64,000 nucleotides of DNA, from NCBI GenBank assembly GCA_017461365.1, contig JAFTYG010000008.1, positions 81,908 to 145,907 on the forward strand, read 5' to 3'. The DNA is from Clostridia bacterium (lineage in GTDB: Bacteria > Bacillota > Clostridia > Oscillospirales > CAG-272). The translations under genes and the position numbers were made by a program. Shown here piece after piece: positions 53,989 through 62,813 of the stretch; position 1 is the stretch's first letter, and every line of letters starts with the position of its first letter. A model generated the notes under the pieces. That model was not told where the DNA came from, ran no database searches, and saw only the letters and a program-made list of their open reading frames with translations.

Positions 53989-55350
53989 ATGGTACAAAAT
54001 GACGAAAAAGCGTATGGCGTATCAAAAGAAAGACTTGAGTCTTTATTTGACAGCGGAACATTTGTTGAGCTTTCCGCGTACACCAAGCGCGCGCAGGGCA
54101 AGGACGAGCCCGAGAGCGTGAGCTGCGGCTACGGCGCAGTGTCGGGCAAGCTCGTATTTGCTTTTGCGCAGGACGGAGAGAGAACTAAGGGAATTTTCAG
54201 CGACAGACACGCTAAAAAGATAGAAGCACTCTATTCCTTGGCTGTAAAGAACGGCGCGCCCGTTGTCGGTATATTCGACAGCAAGGGCGTTTCGGTATAT
54301 GACGGAGCTGAGGCGCTCGCGGCATACGGCAGACTTATGAAGAGCGTATCGGGCGCTTCGGGAATAATACCGCAGATAGCTGTTATAGACGGCGTTTGCG
54401 GAGGCGCGGCGGCTGTCACGGCGGCAATGTTTGACTTTGTCGTAACGGTAAAGGATAAATCAAAGCTCTTTGTAAAGGCACCCTTTACGGTAGGCTCTGA
54501 GGCAAAGAGTACGAAGGCGGGACATTCCTGCTACGATGCTGAGAGCGAGGCTGACGCTATGGCGTTTGTAAAGAAGCTCGTCGGAATGCTTCCATCAAAC
54601 AATGCAGACAGCATATATACCGACAGCGCAGACAGCCTTAACAGACAGGTAGCCGTTGAGGGCGCGGACACCGATACGGTAATATCCGCGATAGCCGACG
54701 GCGGCGAGTTCGTGAGAGTATTCTCGGATTATTCGGATAATATGATATTCGGATTTGCTTCGTTCGGCGGAGTGCTCGCGGGAGTTGTAGCGTCGAACTC
54801 AAAGACCGACGGAGCGATAGATATAAAGAGCGCGAGAGCGGCGGCAAAGCTCATAGGCTTCTGCGACAGCTTCTCAATACCCGTTGTGACTTTGGTTGAC
54901 AGTATCGGTACTGAGACGAACGCGTCTGCCGAGGAGGCGGCGTATGCAGAGGAGCTTGCAAAGCTCGCGTTTGCTTATACGTCGTCGGATAACGCAAAGG
55001 TCACGGTAGTGATGAAGAAGGCTTACGGCTCGGCGTTTACGCTGCTCGGCTCTAAGGCGGTCGGAGCGGATATGGTATTTGCGCTTCCCACGGCTGAGAT
55101 AAGCGTCCTCTCTCCCGAGGCGTCGGTCGCGTTCGTATGGAACGATAAGGTAGGCGAGAAGAGCAGAGAAGAGCTTGAGGCTGAGTGGCGTGAAAAGTGC
55201 GCGTCTGCCGAGGATGCAGCGGATAAGGGCGAGATCGACGATATTATCGATCCCGTTGAGCTTCGCCAAAGAATATGCGCGGCTCTTTCCATGCTTTCGG
55301 CAAAGGCAGAGGGAGCTCCCTCTCGTAAGCATATAAATATGCCCCTTTAA
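53989..55350 (+). CDS. Acyl-CoA-type carboxyltransferase subunit (methylmalonyl-CoA decarboxylase alpha / transcarboxylase 12S-like), short form of 453 aa
   Basis: ATG after AACGGAGG. Crotonase-fold carboxyl-transferase patterns are present (LFDSGTFVELSAY, GYGAVSGKLVFAFAQD, GAPVVGIFDSKGV, AVIDGVCGGAAAV). The second half contains VTLVDSIG...KVTVVMKKAYGSAF. Confidence 0.85.
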   Translation: MVQNDEKAYGVSKERLESLFDSGTFVELSAYTKRAQGKDEPESVSCGYGAVSGKLVFAFAQDGERTKGIFSDRHAKKIEALYSLAVKNGAPVVGIFDSKGVSVYDGAEALAAYGRLMKSVSGASGIIPQIAVIDGVCGGAAAVTAAMFDFVVTVKDKSKLFVKAPFTVGSEAKSTKAGHSCYDAESEADAMAFVKKLVGMLPSNNADSIYTDSADSLNRQVAVEGADTDTVISAIADGGEFVRVFSDYSDNMIFGFASFGGVLAGVVASNSKTDGAIDIKSARAAAKLIGFCDSFSIPVVTLVDSIGTETNASAEEAAYAEELAKLAFAYTSSDNAKVTVVMKKAYGSAFTLLGSKAVGADMVFALPTAEISVLSPEASVAFVWNDKVGEKSREELEAEWREKCASAEDAADKGEIDDIIDPVELRQRICAALSMLSAKAEGAPSRKHINMPL

Positions 55351-55362
55351 ACGGAGGTGCTT

Positions 55363-55782
55363 ATGAACGTTCAGATGCTTGCAGGCTACGCGCTGAGTGT
55401 AGGCGCGGACACAAAATACGAAGCCTTTTCGGGCGCGGCATGGGCTAAGGCGGCAGAGGTAACGCTTATCGGAATGGGAATGGTCTTTGCCGTGCTTCTT
55501 ATCCTTTGGGGCGTGCTGGCTATATTTAAACTCGTATTTAAAAAGGATACAAAAGCTCCCGCAGAGAAAGCGACGGCGGCGGAAAAGACTGCCGCTCCCG
55601 CGCCTGTGACAATGTCGGCGCCTGCCGCTGTTGACGACGGTGAGCTCATAGCCGTTATAACCGCGGCTGTTGCGGCGTACAGAGCCGCAGAGGAGGGAAC
55701 GGACGCCGCCGAAGTTGGCGGATTTCGCGTAGTTTCCTTCAGGAGAGTAAACGCGGGCCGCGCTTGGAATTCCAATAAATAA
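55363..55782 (+). CDS. OadG/MmdD-like small membrane subunit of Na+-translocating decarboxylases
   Basis: ATG 5 nt after GGAGG. It has a single TM segment (VTLIGMGMVFAVLLILWGVLAIF) followed by an Ala/Pro-rich linker and a conserved ELIAVITAAVAAY-type segment. Confidence 0.7.
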   Translation: MNVQMLAGYALSVGADTKYEAFSGAAWAKAAEVTLIGMGMVFAVLLILWGVLAIFKLVFKKDTKAPAEKATAAEKTAAPAPVTMSAPAAVDDGELIAVITAAVAAYRAAEEGTDAAEVGGFRVVSFRRVNAGRAWNSNK

Positions 55783-55807
55783 TTTTTGAAAGGTCAAGGT
55801 ATTAAAA

Positions 55808-56227
55808 ATGAAAACTTACAATATAACCGTAAACGGTGTCACATACGTTGTTGACGTTGAAGAGGTCGGAAGCGTTGCATCCGCTCCCGTAGCGGCTCCC
55901 ACAGCAGCACCCGCGCCCGCTCCCAAGGCGGCTCCCGCGGCTGCTCCCGCAGCAGCTCCTGCGCCTGCACCTAAGGCAGCTCCCGCTCCCGCCGCTCCCA
56001 AGGGAAGCGCAGGCTCGGTAGCTGTAAAGGCTCCTATGCCCGGTAACATTATGAAGATAAACGCTAAGGTCGGAGCTGCCGTTAAGAAGGGAGACGTGCT
56101 CGTCGTTCTTGAGGCGATGAAGATGGAAAACGACATCTGCGCTCCCGAGGACGGAACGGTCGCAAGCATTGAGGTATCTCAGGGCGCGACTGTCGAGACC
56201 GACGCTACGCTTGTTACACTGAACTGA
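55808..56227 (+). CDS. Biotin carboxyl carrier protein (1.3S/MmdC-like)
   Basis: An Ala/Pro-rich linker is followed by the biotinyl domain with VLEAMKMEN (AMKM biotinylation motif). Confidence 0.9.
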   Translation: MKTYNITVNGVTYVVDVEEVGSVASAPVAAPTAAPAPAPKAAPAAAPAAAPAPAPKAAPAPAAPKGSAGSVAVKAPMPGNIMKINAKVGAAVKKGDVLVVLEAMKMENDICAPEDGTVASIEVSQGATVETDATLVTLN

Positions 56228-56275
56228 CGACTTTCCGAAAACTTAACGGTGTAACAAAAAGGAAAGGAGTCGAAT

Positions 56276-57706
56276 ATGCTTGATACGTTAAAAAATTTTT
56301 TGGCGGATACAGGAATATTCAAGCTATTGTCCGAGGAATCCGAAACGATAACCAGCGTTACCGATTTTACGCTTGACGGCGATTGGTGGAAAACGGTGGT
56401 GATGATTCTCATCTCCTTTGTTCTTATCTACCTTGCGATAGGAAAAAAGTTCGAGCCGCTTTTGCTTTTGCCGATAGCGATAGGTATGCTTCTGACAAAT
56501 CTTCCGGGCGGCGAGCTCTTCCATCTCGATCTGTTTATTCCCGAGCAATCTGCGATCGATGCCATAAAGCTGGCGCTTGAGGATAACGTCCTGACAGTAG
56601 CCGAGATAAAGGCGCTTACGGAGCAAGGATTTCCGATCGTTGACGTTCTCAGGGATGCGGATATAGTAAGTCTTGACGTAGTAAATACGTTGATGATAAC
56701 AGAGGACATCACACTTTCCGCCTTCGAGTCGGCAAGAGTGAGCTCGCAGTTCCTTGCGCTCGATATTATCGAGGTCGTTCAATACGGCGGACTTCTCGAT
56801 CTGCTATATCTCGGTGTAAAGCTCGGTATCTATCCCTGTCTTATATTCATAGGCATCGGCGCTATGACGGATTTTACTCCCCTTATAGCAAATCCCAAGA
56901 GCCTGCTTATCGGAGCTGGCGCTCAGCTCGGAGTATTCGTCGCCTTCGGCGGCGCGGTGGTCTCGGGAGTATTCTCACTTGCAGAAGCCGCATCCATCGG
57001 TATTATCGGCGGAGCGGACGGTCCTACGGCTATCACGGTAACAAAAACGCTTGCGCCCTCACTCCTCGGTGCTATCGCTATCGCGGCGTATAGCTATATG
57101 GCGCTCATACCGATGATACAGCCGCCTATTATGAAGCTGTTGACTACGAAGAAGGAAAGACGGATAAGGATGACTACGCTTCGTCCCGTATCGAAGCTGG
57201 AAAAGATACTTTTCCCCATTGTCGTTACGGTGGTCGTTGCTCTTATCGTTCCCGATGCACTTGTGCTTGTAAGCTGTCTTATGTTCGGTAATCTGCTCAA
57301 CGTGTGCGGAGTTACCGACAGACTCTCAAAGACCGCTCAGAATGAGCTTATGAATATTGTCACCATATTCCTCGGTATCACCGTGGGAGCTACTGCAAGC
57401 GCAGAGAACTTTTTGCGCTTTGAGACGCTTCTCATCATTGCGCTCGGACTTGTAGCATTTGCGATCTCTACTGTGGGAGGACTTCTCACGGCGAAGATAA
57501 TGAACTGGCTGTCGGGCGGAAGGATCAATCCCCTTATCGGCTCTGCGGGTGTTTCGGCAGTACCGATGGCGGCGAGAGTTTCCCAAAAGGTTGGTCAGGA
57601 GGAGGATCCGTCCAACTTCTTGCTCATGCACGCGATGGGGCCCAACGTGGCGGGTGTTATAGGCTCTGCCGTAGCGGCAGGTGTGTTCCTGTCAATGTTT
57701 GCTTAA
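56276..57706 (+). CDS. Na+-translocating decarboxylase beta subunit (OadB/MmdB/GcdB family)
   Basis: The motifs KKFEPLLLLPIAIGMLLTNLP, IGIGAMTDFTPLIANPKSLLIGAGAQLG, IGGADGPT and GSAGVSAVPMAARV are present. Length is 476 aa and the protein is polytopic. Confidence 0.9.
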   Translation: MLDTLKNFLADTGIFKLLSEESETITSVTDFTLDGDWWKTVVMILISFVLIYLAIGKKFEPLLLLPIAIGMLLTNLPGGELFHLDLFIPEQSAIDAIKLALEDNVLTVAEIKALTEQGFPIVDVLRDADIVSLDVVNTLMITEDITLSAFESARVSSQFLALDIIEVVQYGGLLDLLYLGVKLGIYPCLIFIGIGAMTDFTPLIANPKSLLIGAGAQLGVFVAFGGAVVSGVFSLAEAASIGIIGGADGPTAITVTKTLAPSLLGAIAIAAYSYMALIPMIQPPIMKLLTTKKERRIRMTTLRPVSKLEKILFPIVVTVVVALIVPDALVLVSCLMFGNLLNVCGVTDRLSKTAQNELMNIVTIFLGITVGATASAENFLRFETLLIIALGLVAFAISTVGGLLTAKIMNWLSGGRINPLIGSAGVSAVPMAARVSQKVGQEEDPSNFLLMHAMGPNVAGVIGSAVAAGVFLSMFA

Positions 57707-57724
57707 TGGAGGTTATAGTTAATA

Positions 57725-59122
57725 ATGTCACAGATAAAAATTACTGAAACTGTACTTCGTGACTCTCATCAGTCACTTATAGCTACGAGAATGACGACTG
57801 AGGAAATGCTTCCCATTCTCGAAAAGCTTGATAATATCGGATACCATTCACTTGAGGCGTGGGGCGGAGCTACCTTTGACTCCTGCCTGCGTTTCCTTAA
57901 CGAGGATCCTTGGGAAAGACTGCGCACTATCCGTTCTCACGTAAAGAACACAAAGCTGCAGATGCTTTTCAGAGGTCAGAATATCCTCGGCTACCGTCAC
58001 TATTCGGACGACGTTGTCGAATACTTTGTGCAGAAGTCTATTGCCAACGGTATTGACATTCTTCGAATATTCGACGCGCTCAACGATCCCCGAAATCTGC
58101 GTACCGCGATAAACGCTACAAAGAAAGAGGGCGGACACGTTCAGGCGGCTATAAGCTATACAACGGGTGAGGTCTACACCACCGAATACTTCACAAGCTA
58201 TGCAAAGACGCTTGAGGAGATGGGCGCAGACTCTATCTGTGTCAAGGATATGGCGGGACTTCTCCGTCCTTACGATGCGTATGAGCTTGTAAAGGCTCTC
58301 AAGGAGACTGTAAAGATACCGATACAGATCCACACGCACTACACCTCAGGTCTTGCTTCTATGACGCTTCTTAAGGCGATAGAGGCGGGCGCCGATATTG
58401 TTGATACGGCTATCTCGCCTATGGCTATGGGTACGTCTCAGCCCCCCACGGAGGCGCTTGTCGCAACCCTTGCGGGCACGGAGTACGACACGGGCATCAA
58501 GCTCTCCGAGCTCGATGAGATAACTAAGTTCTTTACACCTCTGCGCGAAAAATATCTTGCAAGCGGTCAGCTCGATCCCAAGATGCTTAAGGTAGACGTA
58601 AACGCGCTTATCTATCAGGTTCCCGGAGGAATGCTTTCAAATCTTGTTTCGCAGCTCAAGCAGGCGGGCAAGTCGGATAAGCTTACCGAGGTGCTCGAAG
58701 AGGTACCGAGAGTAAGAGCCGACGCGGGCTATCCTCCGCTTGTAACGCCTTCCTCGCAGATCGTAGGTACACAGGCTGTGTTCAACGTTATCGGCGGCGA
58801 GAGATACAAGATGGTAACCAAGGAATTCAAGGGACTTGTTGAGGGACAGTACGGAAAGACTCCCGTTGATATATCCCCCGAGTTTGTTAAAAAGATCATC
58901 GGTGATAAGCCGCAGATCACCTGCCGTCCCGCGGACGCTCTCGCCCCCGAGCTTGACACACTTCGCGAGAAGATAAAGCCCTATATGGAGCAGGAGGAGG
59001 ACGTTCTCTCCTACGCGCTCTTTGAGCAGGTGGCGCTGAAATTCTTCGAGTACCGTAAGGCGAAAAAGTACGGCATTGACGCGGATAACGCAGACGCTGC
59101 GCTTGGAATTCATAACGCGTAA
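57725..59122 (+). CDS. Oxaloacetate decarboxylase alpha / transcarboxylase 5S-like carboxyltransferase (HMGL-type TIM barrel), lacking a biotinyl domain
   Basis: The motifs ITETVLRDSHQSLIATRMTTEEM, EAWGGATFD, FRGQNILGYRHY, IFDALND, KDMAGLL and HTHYTSGLA are present. It ends at 465 aa with no AMKM motif. Confidence 0.9.
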   Translation: MSQIKITETVLRDSHQSLIATRMTTEEMLPILEKLDNIGYHSLEAWGGATFDSCLRFLNEDPWERLRTIRSHVKNTKLQMLFRGQNILGYRHYSDDVVEYFVQKSIANGIDILRIFDALNDPRNLRTAINATKKEGGHVQAAISYTTGEVYTTEYFTSYAKTLEEMGADSICVKDMAGLLRPYDAYELVKALKETVKIPIQIHTHYTSGLASMTLLKAIEAGADIVDTAISPMAMGTSQPPTEALVATLAGTEYDTGIKLSELDEITKFFTPLREKYLASGQLDPKMLKVDVNALIYQVPGGMLSNLVSQLKQAGKSDKLTEVLEEVPRVRADAGYPPLVTPSSQIVGTQAVFNVIGGERYKMVTKEFKGLVEGQYGKTPVDISPEFVKKIIGDKPQITCRPADALAPELDTLREKIKPYMEQEEDVLSYALFEQVALKFFEYRKAKKYGIDADNADAALGIHNA

Positions 59123-59135
59123 AACAGACGAATAA

Positions 59136-59173
59136 TCAAAAGGTTGGCTGAAAAGCCAACCTTTTGATTTTTT
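59136..59173 (+). terminator. Strong intrinsic terminator of the decarboxylase operon
   Basis: A 13-bp stem tcaaaaggttggc/gccaaccttttga with a 6-nt loop, followed by TTTTTT. Confidence 0.9.
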
Positions 59174-59181
59174 GGGATATT

Positions 59182-59638
59182 AAATTGGATGTTTGTCTTT
59201 TTCGCCGTTGGCGAAAAGGCACGAACATAGTTCGTGCGGTAGGTGCGGTTAATTGGAGTTTATCGGGGAGTTGAAGTTACATTTACAGAATAATACCCGT
59301 TTTTTGTGATAATCCATTCGTTCTTTTTTATAAGGTAAATTTTGCTGACGCAAAAAAGATCCTTCACTGTGTCTCGCAGGGTAGCAAGCCGTTCAGGATG
59401 ACAGATAGTGTAGGTTTGGCGATGAACGTATGCATAACTCCATATATAAAGTGCTCGTAATAAACTTTGGCACATACCTATTTTCTTTATCTCAACTAAT
59501 CTGTCATCCCGAGCCCGAACCGTTTATAGGGGCATCTAAAGAAATATTCGAGGGATCTTGCGACAAAGTCGCTTTACTGAACTGTCCTCATCGGGGATAT
59601 ATTTACGCATATCAAACACATTGATAAACTTCAATTTA
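59182..59638. repeat. Dispersed modular repeat, copy D (most complete, ~455 bp)
   Basis: The left end is aaattggatgtttgtctttttcgccgttggcgaaaaggcacgaacatagttcgtgcgg, a double-hairpin module also found at both ends of 22042-22243. Modules shared with copies B and C follow. The right end is gataaacttcaattta. Confidence 0.8.
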
Positions 59639-59662
59639 CAGTGTTCATCATACAAATTTTTC

Positions 59663-60475
59663 CTATGCTTTCCCGCATTTTCTTCTGTATTCGCTCGGTG
59701 TCATTCCCGTGGTTGCCCTGAATCTTCTGCTGAAATAATTTATATCGTTAAATCCCACGCGGCAGGCTATCTCCCCGACGCTCAGCGCCTCTCTTTCAAG
59801 AAAATTCTTTGCGTGGCTTATTCTTACCTCGTTTATATATTCCATAACGCTTGTATCTCCGCGCTCCTTGAACATATGCGAAAAATATGATGCGCTCAAA
59901 TAGAATTGCTTTGCGAGGCTTTGAACGCTCAGCTCCTCGTCGTAGTGCAGATCTATATATTCAATGACCGAATTAAAGGTATCGAGGCGGCGAAAATGCT
60001 TTTTATATTCGGCTTCGTTGAGCACCGAGCTTACGTACTTCTCCGCGATCAGATTGAAAAATTCATACAGCATCCGCTTTACGGCGGTAATATTTTTAAA
60101 TCCGCCCTCCCGTGTTTTCTCTATGACGGATTTGAGGAGTCTTTCACATTCGCCGTTATTTATTATATGCTCGAATATTACGTATTCGTTGCCTATAAGA
60201 TTGTGAAAAAAGTCGGTATTTATATGTATGCAGTAATATGTCGTCCCCTCACCGTTTATGCTTCCCGTATGGAGCTCGTTTCCGTTGATCATAACGATCT
60301 CGCCTTGCTTCACCGAAAGCTCTTTGAGGTCGCATAGGACGGTACCCGTTCCTTTTGTAAATAACAGTATTTCGATCTCCTCATGCCAATGAACGCGCGA
60401 GCCTCTATGGTCGACAAACCTTTGTATTCTTACGGGATAGGACGACATCGGAAGAGCTTCGTAGGTCGTTTTCAT
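59663..60475 (-). CDS. AraC-family transcriptional regulator (cupin sensor plus HTH)
   Basis: A C-terminal double HTH is present (SVQSLAKQFYLSASYFSHMFKE...VGEIACRVGFNDINYFSRRFRATTGMTPSEYRR). The N-terminal region is cupin-like. It is divergent from an oxidoreductase gene. Confidence 0.85.
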   Translation of the reverse strand: MKTTYEALPMSSYPVRIQRFVDHRGSRVHWHEEIEILLFTKGTGTVLCDLKELSVKQGEIVMINGNELHTGSINGEGTTYYCIHINTDFFHNLIGNEYVIFEHIINNGECERLLKSVIEKTREGGFKNITAVKRMLYEFFNLIAEKYVSSVLNEAEYKKHFRRLDTFNSVIEYIDLHYDEELSVQSLAKQFYLSASYFSHMFKERGDTSVMEYINEVRISHAKNFLEREALSVGEIACRVGFNDINYFSRRFRATTGMTPSEYRRKCGKA

Positions 60476-60585
60476 ATTTAAATCCTCTTTTTATACTAAA
60501 CTAAAGCAGTTTTGTGCTATCAATTACTCTCTATATATGATATAATAAAAATCACAAAAAGTCAAGTGTTATAAGGAGATTTTGT

Positions 60586-61881
60586 ATGAACAGAAAAATA
60601 AAGGTCATATTACTCGGCGCAGGAAACAGAGCAGATATATACGCATCCATATGCTTTGAACGCCCCGAGCTTCTGGAGGTCGTCGGAATAGTTGATCCCG
60701 ACGCTGTCAGACGCGAGCTTATGCGAAAGAAGTATAGCGTGCCCTCGGAAAATTGCTTTGATGACGTTTCGGAGCTTGTAAAGAGAGAAAAATTTGCCGA
60801 TGCGGTGATCAACGGAACTATGGATCATCTGCACGTTGAGACGTCTATTCCCGTTTTGGAAAAGGGCTACGATCTGTTGCTTGAAAAGCCGTTTGCGGTG
60901 AATGAGGCTGAGATGAACACGCTCGTAGAGGTGGCGAGAAAATACGGAAGCAAGGTGGTTATCGGTCACGTACTGAGATATACCGATTTTTACCGCTCCA
61001 TAAAGGATCGCGTCCTGGCGGGCGAGATAGGAAAAATAATTTCCATTGAGACCTGCGAGCACGTTAATTATCACCACATGGCAGTATCGTATGTACGCGG
61101 AAAATGGCGTTCCGAGAAGATCTGCTTCGCGCCTATGCTGTTGGCCAAGTCCTGCCACGATATTGACATAATGCTTTGGATGATGAGGGAGACTCAGCCT
61201 GTGGCGGTTGCAAGCTTCGGCTCGGATTTCCAATTTGGCGCGCAAAGAAAGCCCGAGGGGGCAGGGGAGCGTTGTATGGTTGACTGTCCGTACGTTGACG
61301 AATGTATTTTCTCAGCCAAGGCAAATTACCTTGCCGCTCCGAGATGGAAGCACTATGTATGGAAGAGCCTTGAGGGGGATGAAAACCTCACAGACGAAAA
61401 AAAGGCGCGCTCCTTGATGACCGACAATCCTTACGGCAAGTGCGTATGGGGTTTTGAGCGCGACGGTAACGTAGACCATCAGACAGTAATAATAAATTTT
61501 GCAAACGGCGCTACGGGTACGTTCAGTATGATAGGCGGAAGTGCGAAGTCCGAGCGGAACATTCATATTGTAGGTACAAATGGAGAGATCAAAGGAACGT
61601 TTGAGGATTCGAGATATATAGTAAGAAAAATGGTTCCGAGCTCAAAGTCGGGATATGAGGAGACGGTGTACGACCTCAACGAGGGCGGTGACAAGATCGG
61701 TGCGATGGGCGGTCACGGTGGCGGAGATAAGAAGCTCATTCTCGATTTTATCGACTACCTCAACGGCAAGGAGCTGTCGGTCTCCTGCGCTACTCTCGAG
61801 GACTCGGTTATAAGCCACAGAGCGGTATTCAAAGCCGAGGAAGCAAGAAAGAGCGAAAGCATAGTTAAAATATCTACATAA
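60586..61881 (+). CDS. Gfo/Idh/MocA-family oxidoreductase
   Basis: The N-terminal Rossmann motif KVILLGAGNRA and the motif LLEKPFA are present. Length is 431 aa. Confidence 0.85.
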   Translation: MNRKIKVILLGAGNRADIYASICFERPELLEVVGIVDPDAVRRELMRKKYSVPSENCFDDVSELVKREKFADAVINGTMDHLHVETSIPVLEKGYDLLLEKPFAVNEAEMNTLVEVARKYGSKVVIGHVLRYTDFYRSIKDRVLAGEIGKIISIETCEHVNYHHMAVSYVRGKWRSEKICFAPMLLAKSCHDIDIMLWMMRETQPVAVASFGSDFQFGAQRKPEGAGERCMVDCPYVDECIFSAKANYLAAPRWKHYVWKSLEGDENLTDEKKARSLMTDNPYGKCVWGFERDGNVDHQTVIINFANGATGTFSMIGGSAKSERNIHIVGTNGEIKGTFEDSRYIVRKMVPSSKSGYEETVYDLNEGGDKIGAMGGHGGGDKKLILDFIDYLNGKELSVSCATLEDSVISHRAVFKAEEARKSESIVKIST

Positions 61882-61885
61882 CGGA

Positions 61886-61919
61886 GAAATGGCTGTCTCG
61901 CGTGCGAGACAGCCATTTC
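61886..61919. terminator. Bidirectional terminator between the oxidoreductase gene (+) and whiA (-)
   Basis: A 15-bp perfect stem gaaatggctgtctcg/cgagacagccatttc with loop cgtg. Confidence 0.75.
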
Positions 61920-62813
61920 TTATTCTTCTTTCGCCGCTTCCATGAGCTTTCGCAGGCGGCCGTTGAGCCCTGATTTGGTGATGGGCGGAACGTGGAGCAT
62001 AGCAAGCTCGGAGAGTGAGGCGGAGTCGTTTTCGATACGGAGCTTTGCCGTATATCGGAGCTCCTCGGGCAACTGATCTATCTTTCTTGTTTCTATAAGC
62101 GCCTCAATTGCCGATATTTGCTTTTGCGCCGCATCGACCGAGCGCGAGATATTACGCGCCACGCAATTTGTCGCTCGGTTTTCGTTGTTGCGGATGTCAT
62201 GCTCTATCCAACTGTTTGTAACAAGCAGTCCCGTTCTTGCGCATCCTATAAAATACAGTAGATCGGCTATCGCGCCGTTATTTTTGTAATAGAGTCCCAC
62301 GCGCGCGCTTCTCTGTATTCTTCCCGCGCGTCCGACCTTATCCTCAAGTATGCGCCCAATGAAATCTGCGCGCTCTGCGGTGGGGAAGGACAGCTCAAGA
62401 TGGTAGGATCTTTGCGGATCGGTCACGCTTCCGCAAGCGATGAACACGCCGCGCAAGAATGCCGAAAAGCAGCCCTCGCAACGAAAGCCAGCCGCTATAT
62501 GTATCGGGCGGTCGTCGCCGCTGTCGATATTCTTCAGAAAATCGGCAATACCCGACGAAAAAAAGCTGACGGCGTAGGATATGCGCCCCGCTATGTTCTG
62601 TCGGCTTATCTCGGCGTCTGAGCGAAAGACCTTGCCGAGTAGGTCTTTGGCGGCATTTGCAGTTTCCTCTTGCGCAAAGGATGATACGAGACGTTTTTCT
62701 TCATCAGTTCTTTTTGCGCCGTAAAAGAGCCCCAAGGTAAACGCCCGTCTGCAACAGGTCTTTTTTATCGGAAGCGCCGATGCCTCCTTGATTACTTCGC
62801 TTGTAAATGACAT
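61920..62813 (-). CDS. whiA: DNA-binding protein WhiA
   Basis: The N-terminus MSFTSEVIKEA...KKTCCRRAF, LAGLIDADG-like degenerate domains and the C-terminal HTH (SLSELAML...ITKSGLNGRLRKL) are present. Confidence 0.9.
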   Translation of the reverse strand: MSFTSEVIKEASALPIKKTCCRRAFTLGLFYGAKRTDEEKRLVSSFAQEETANAAKDLLGKVFRSDAEISRQNIAGRISYAVSFFSSGIADFLKNIDSGDDRPIHIAAGFRCEGCFSAFLRGVFIACGSVTDPQRSYHLELSFPTAERADFIGRILEDKVGRAGRIQRSARVGLYYKNNGAIADLLYFIGCARTGLLVTNSWIEHDIRNNENRATNCVARNISRSVDAAQKQISAIEALIETRKIDQLPEELRYTAKLRIENDSASLSELAMLHVPPITKSGLNGRLRKLMEAAKEE

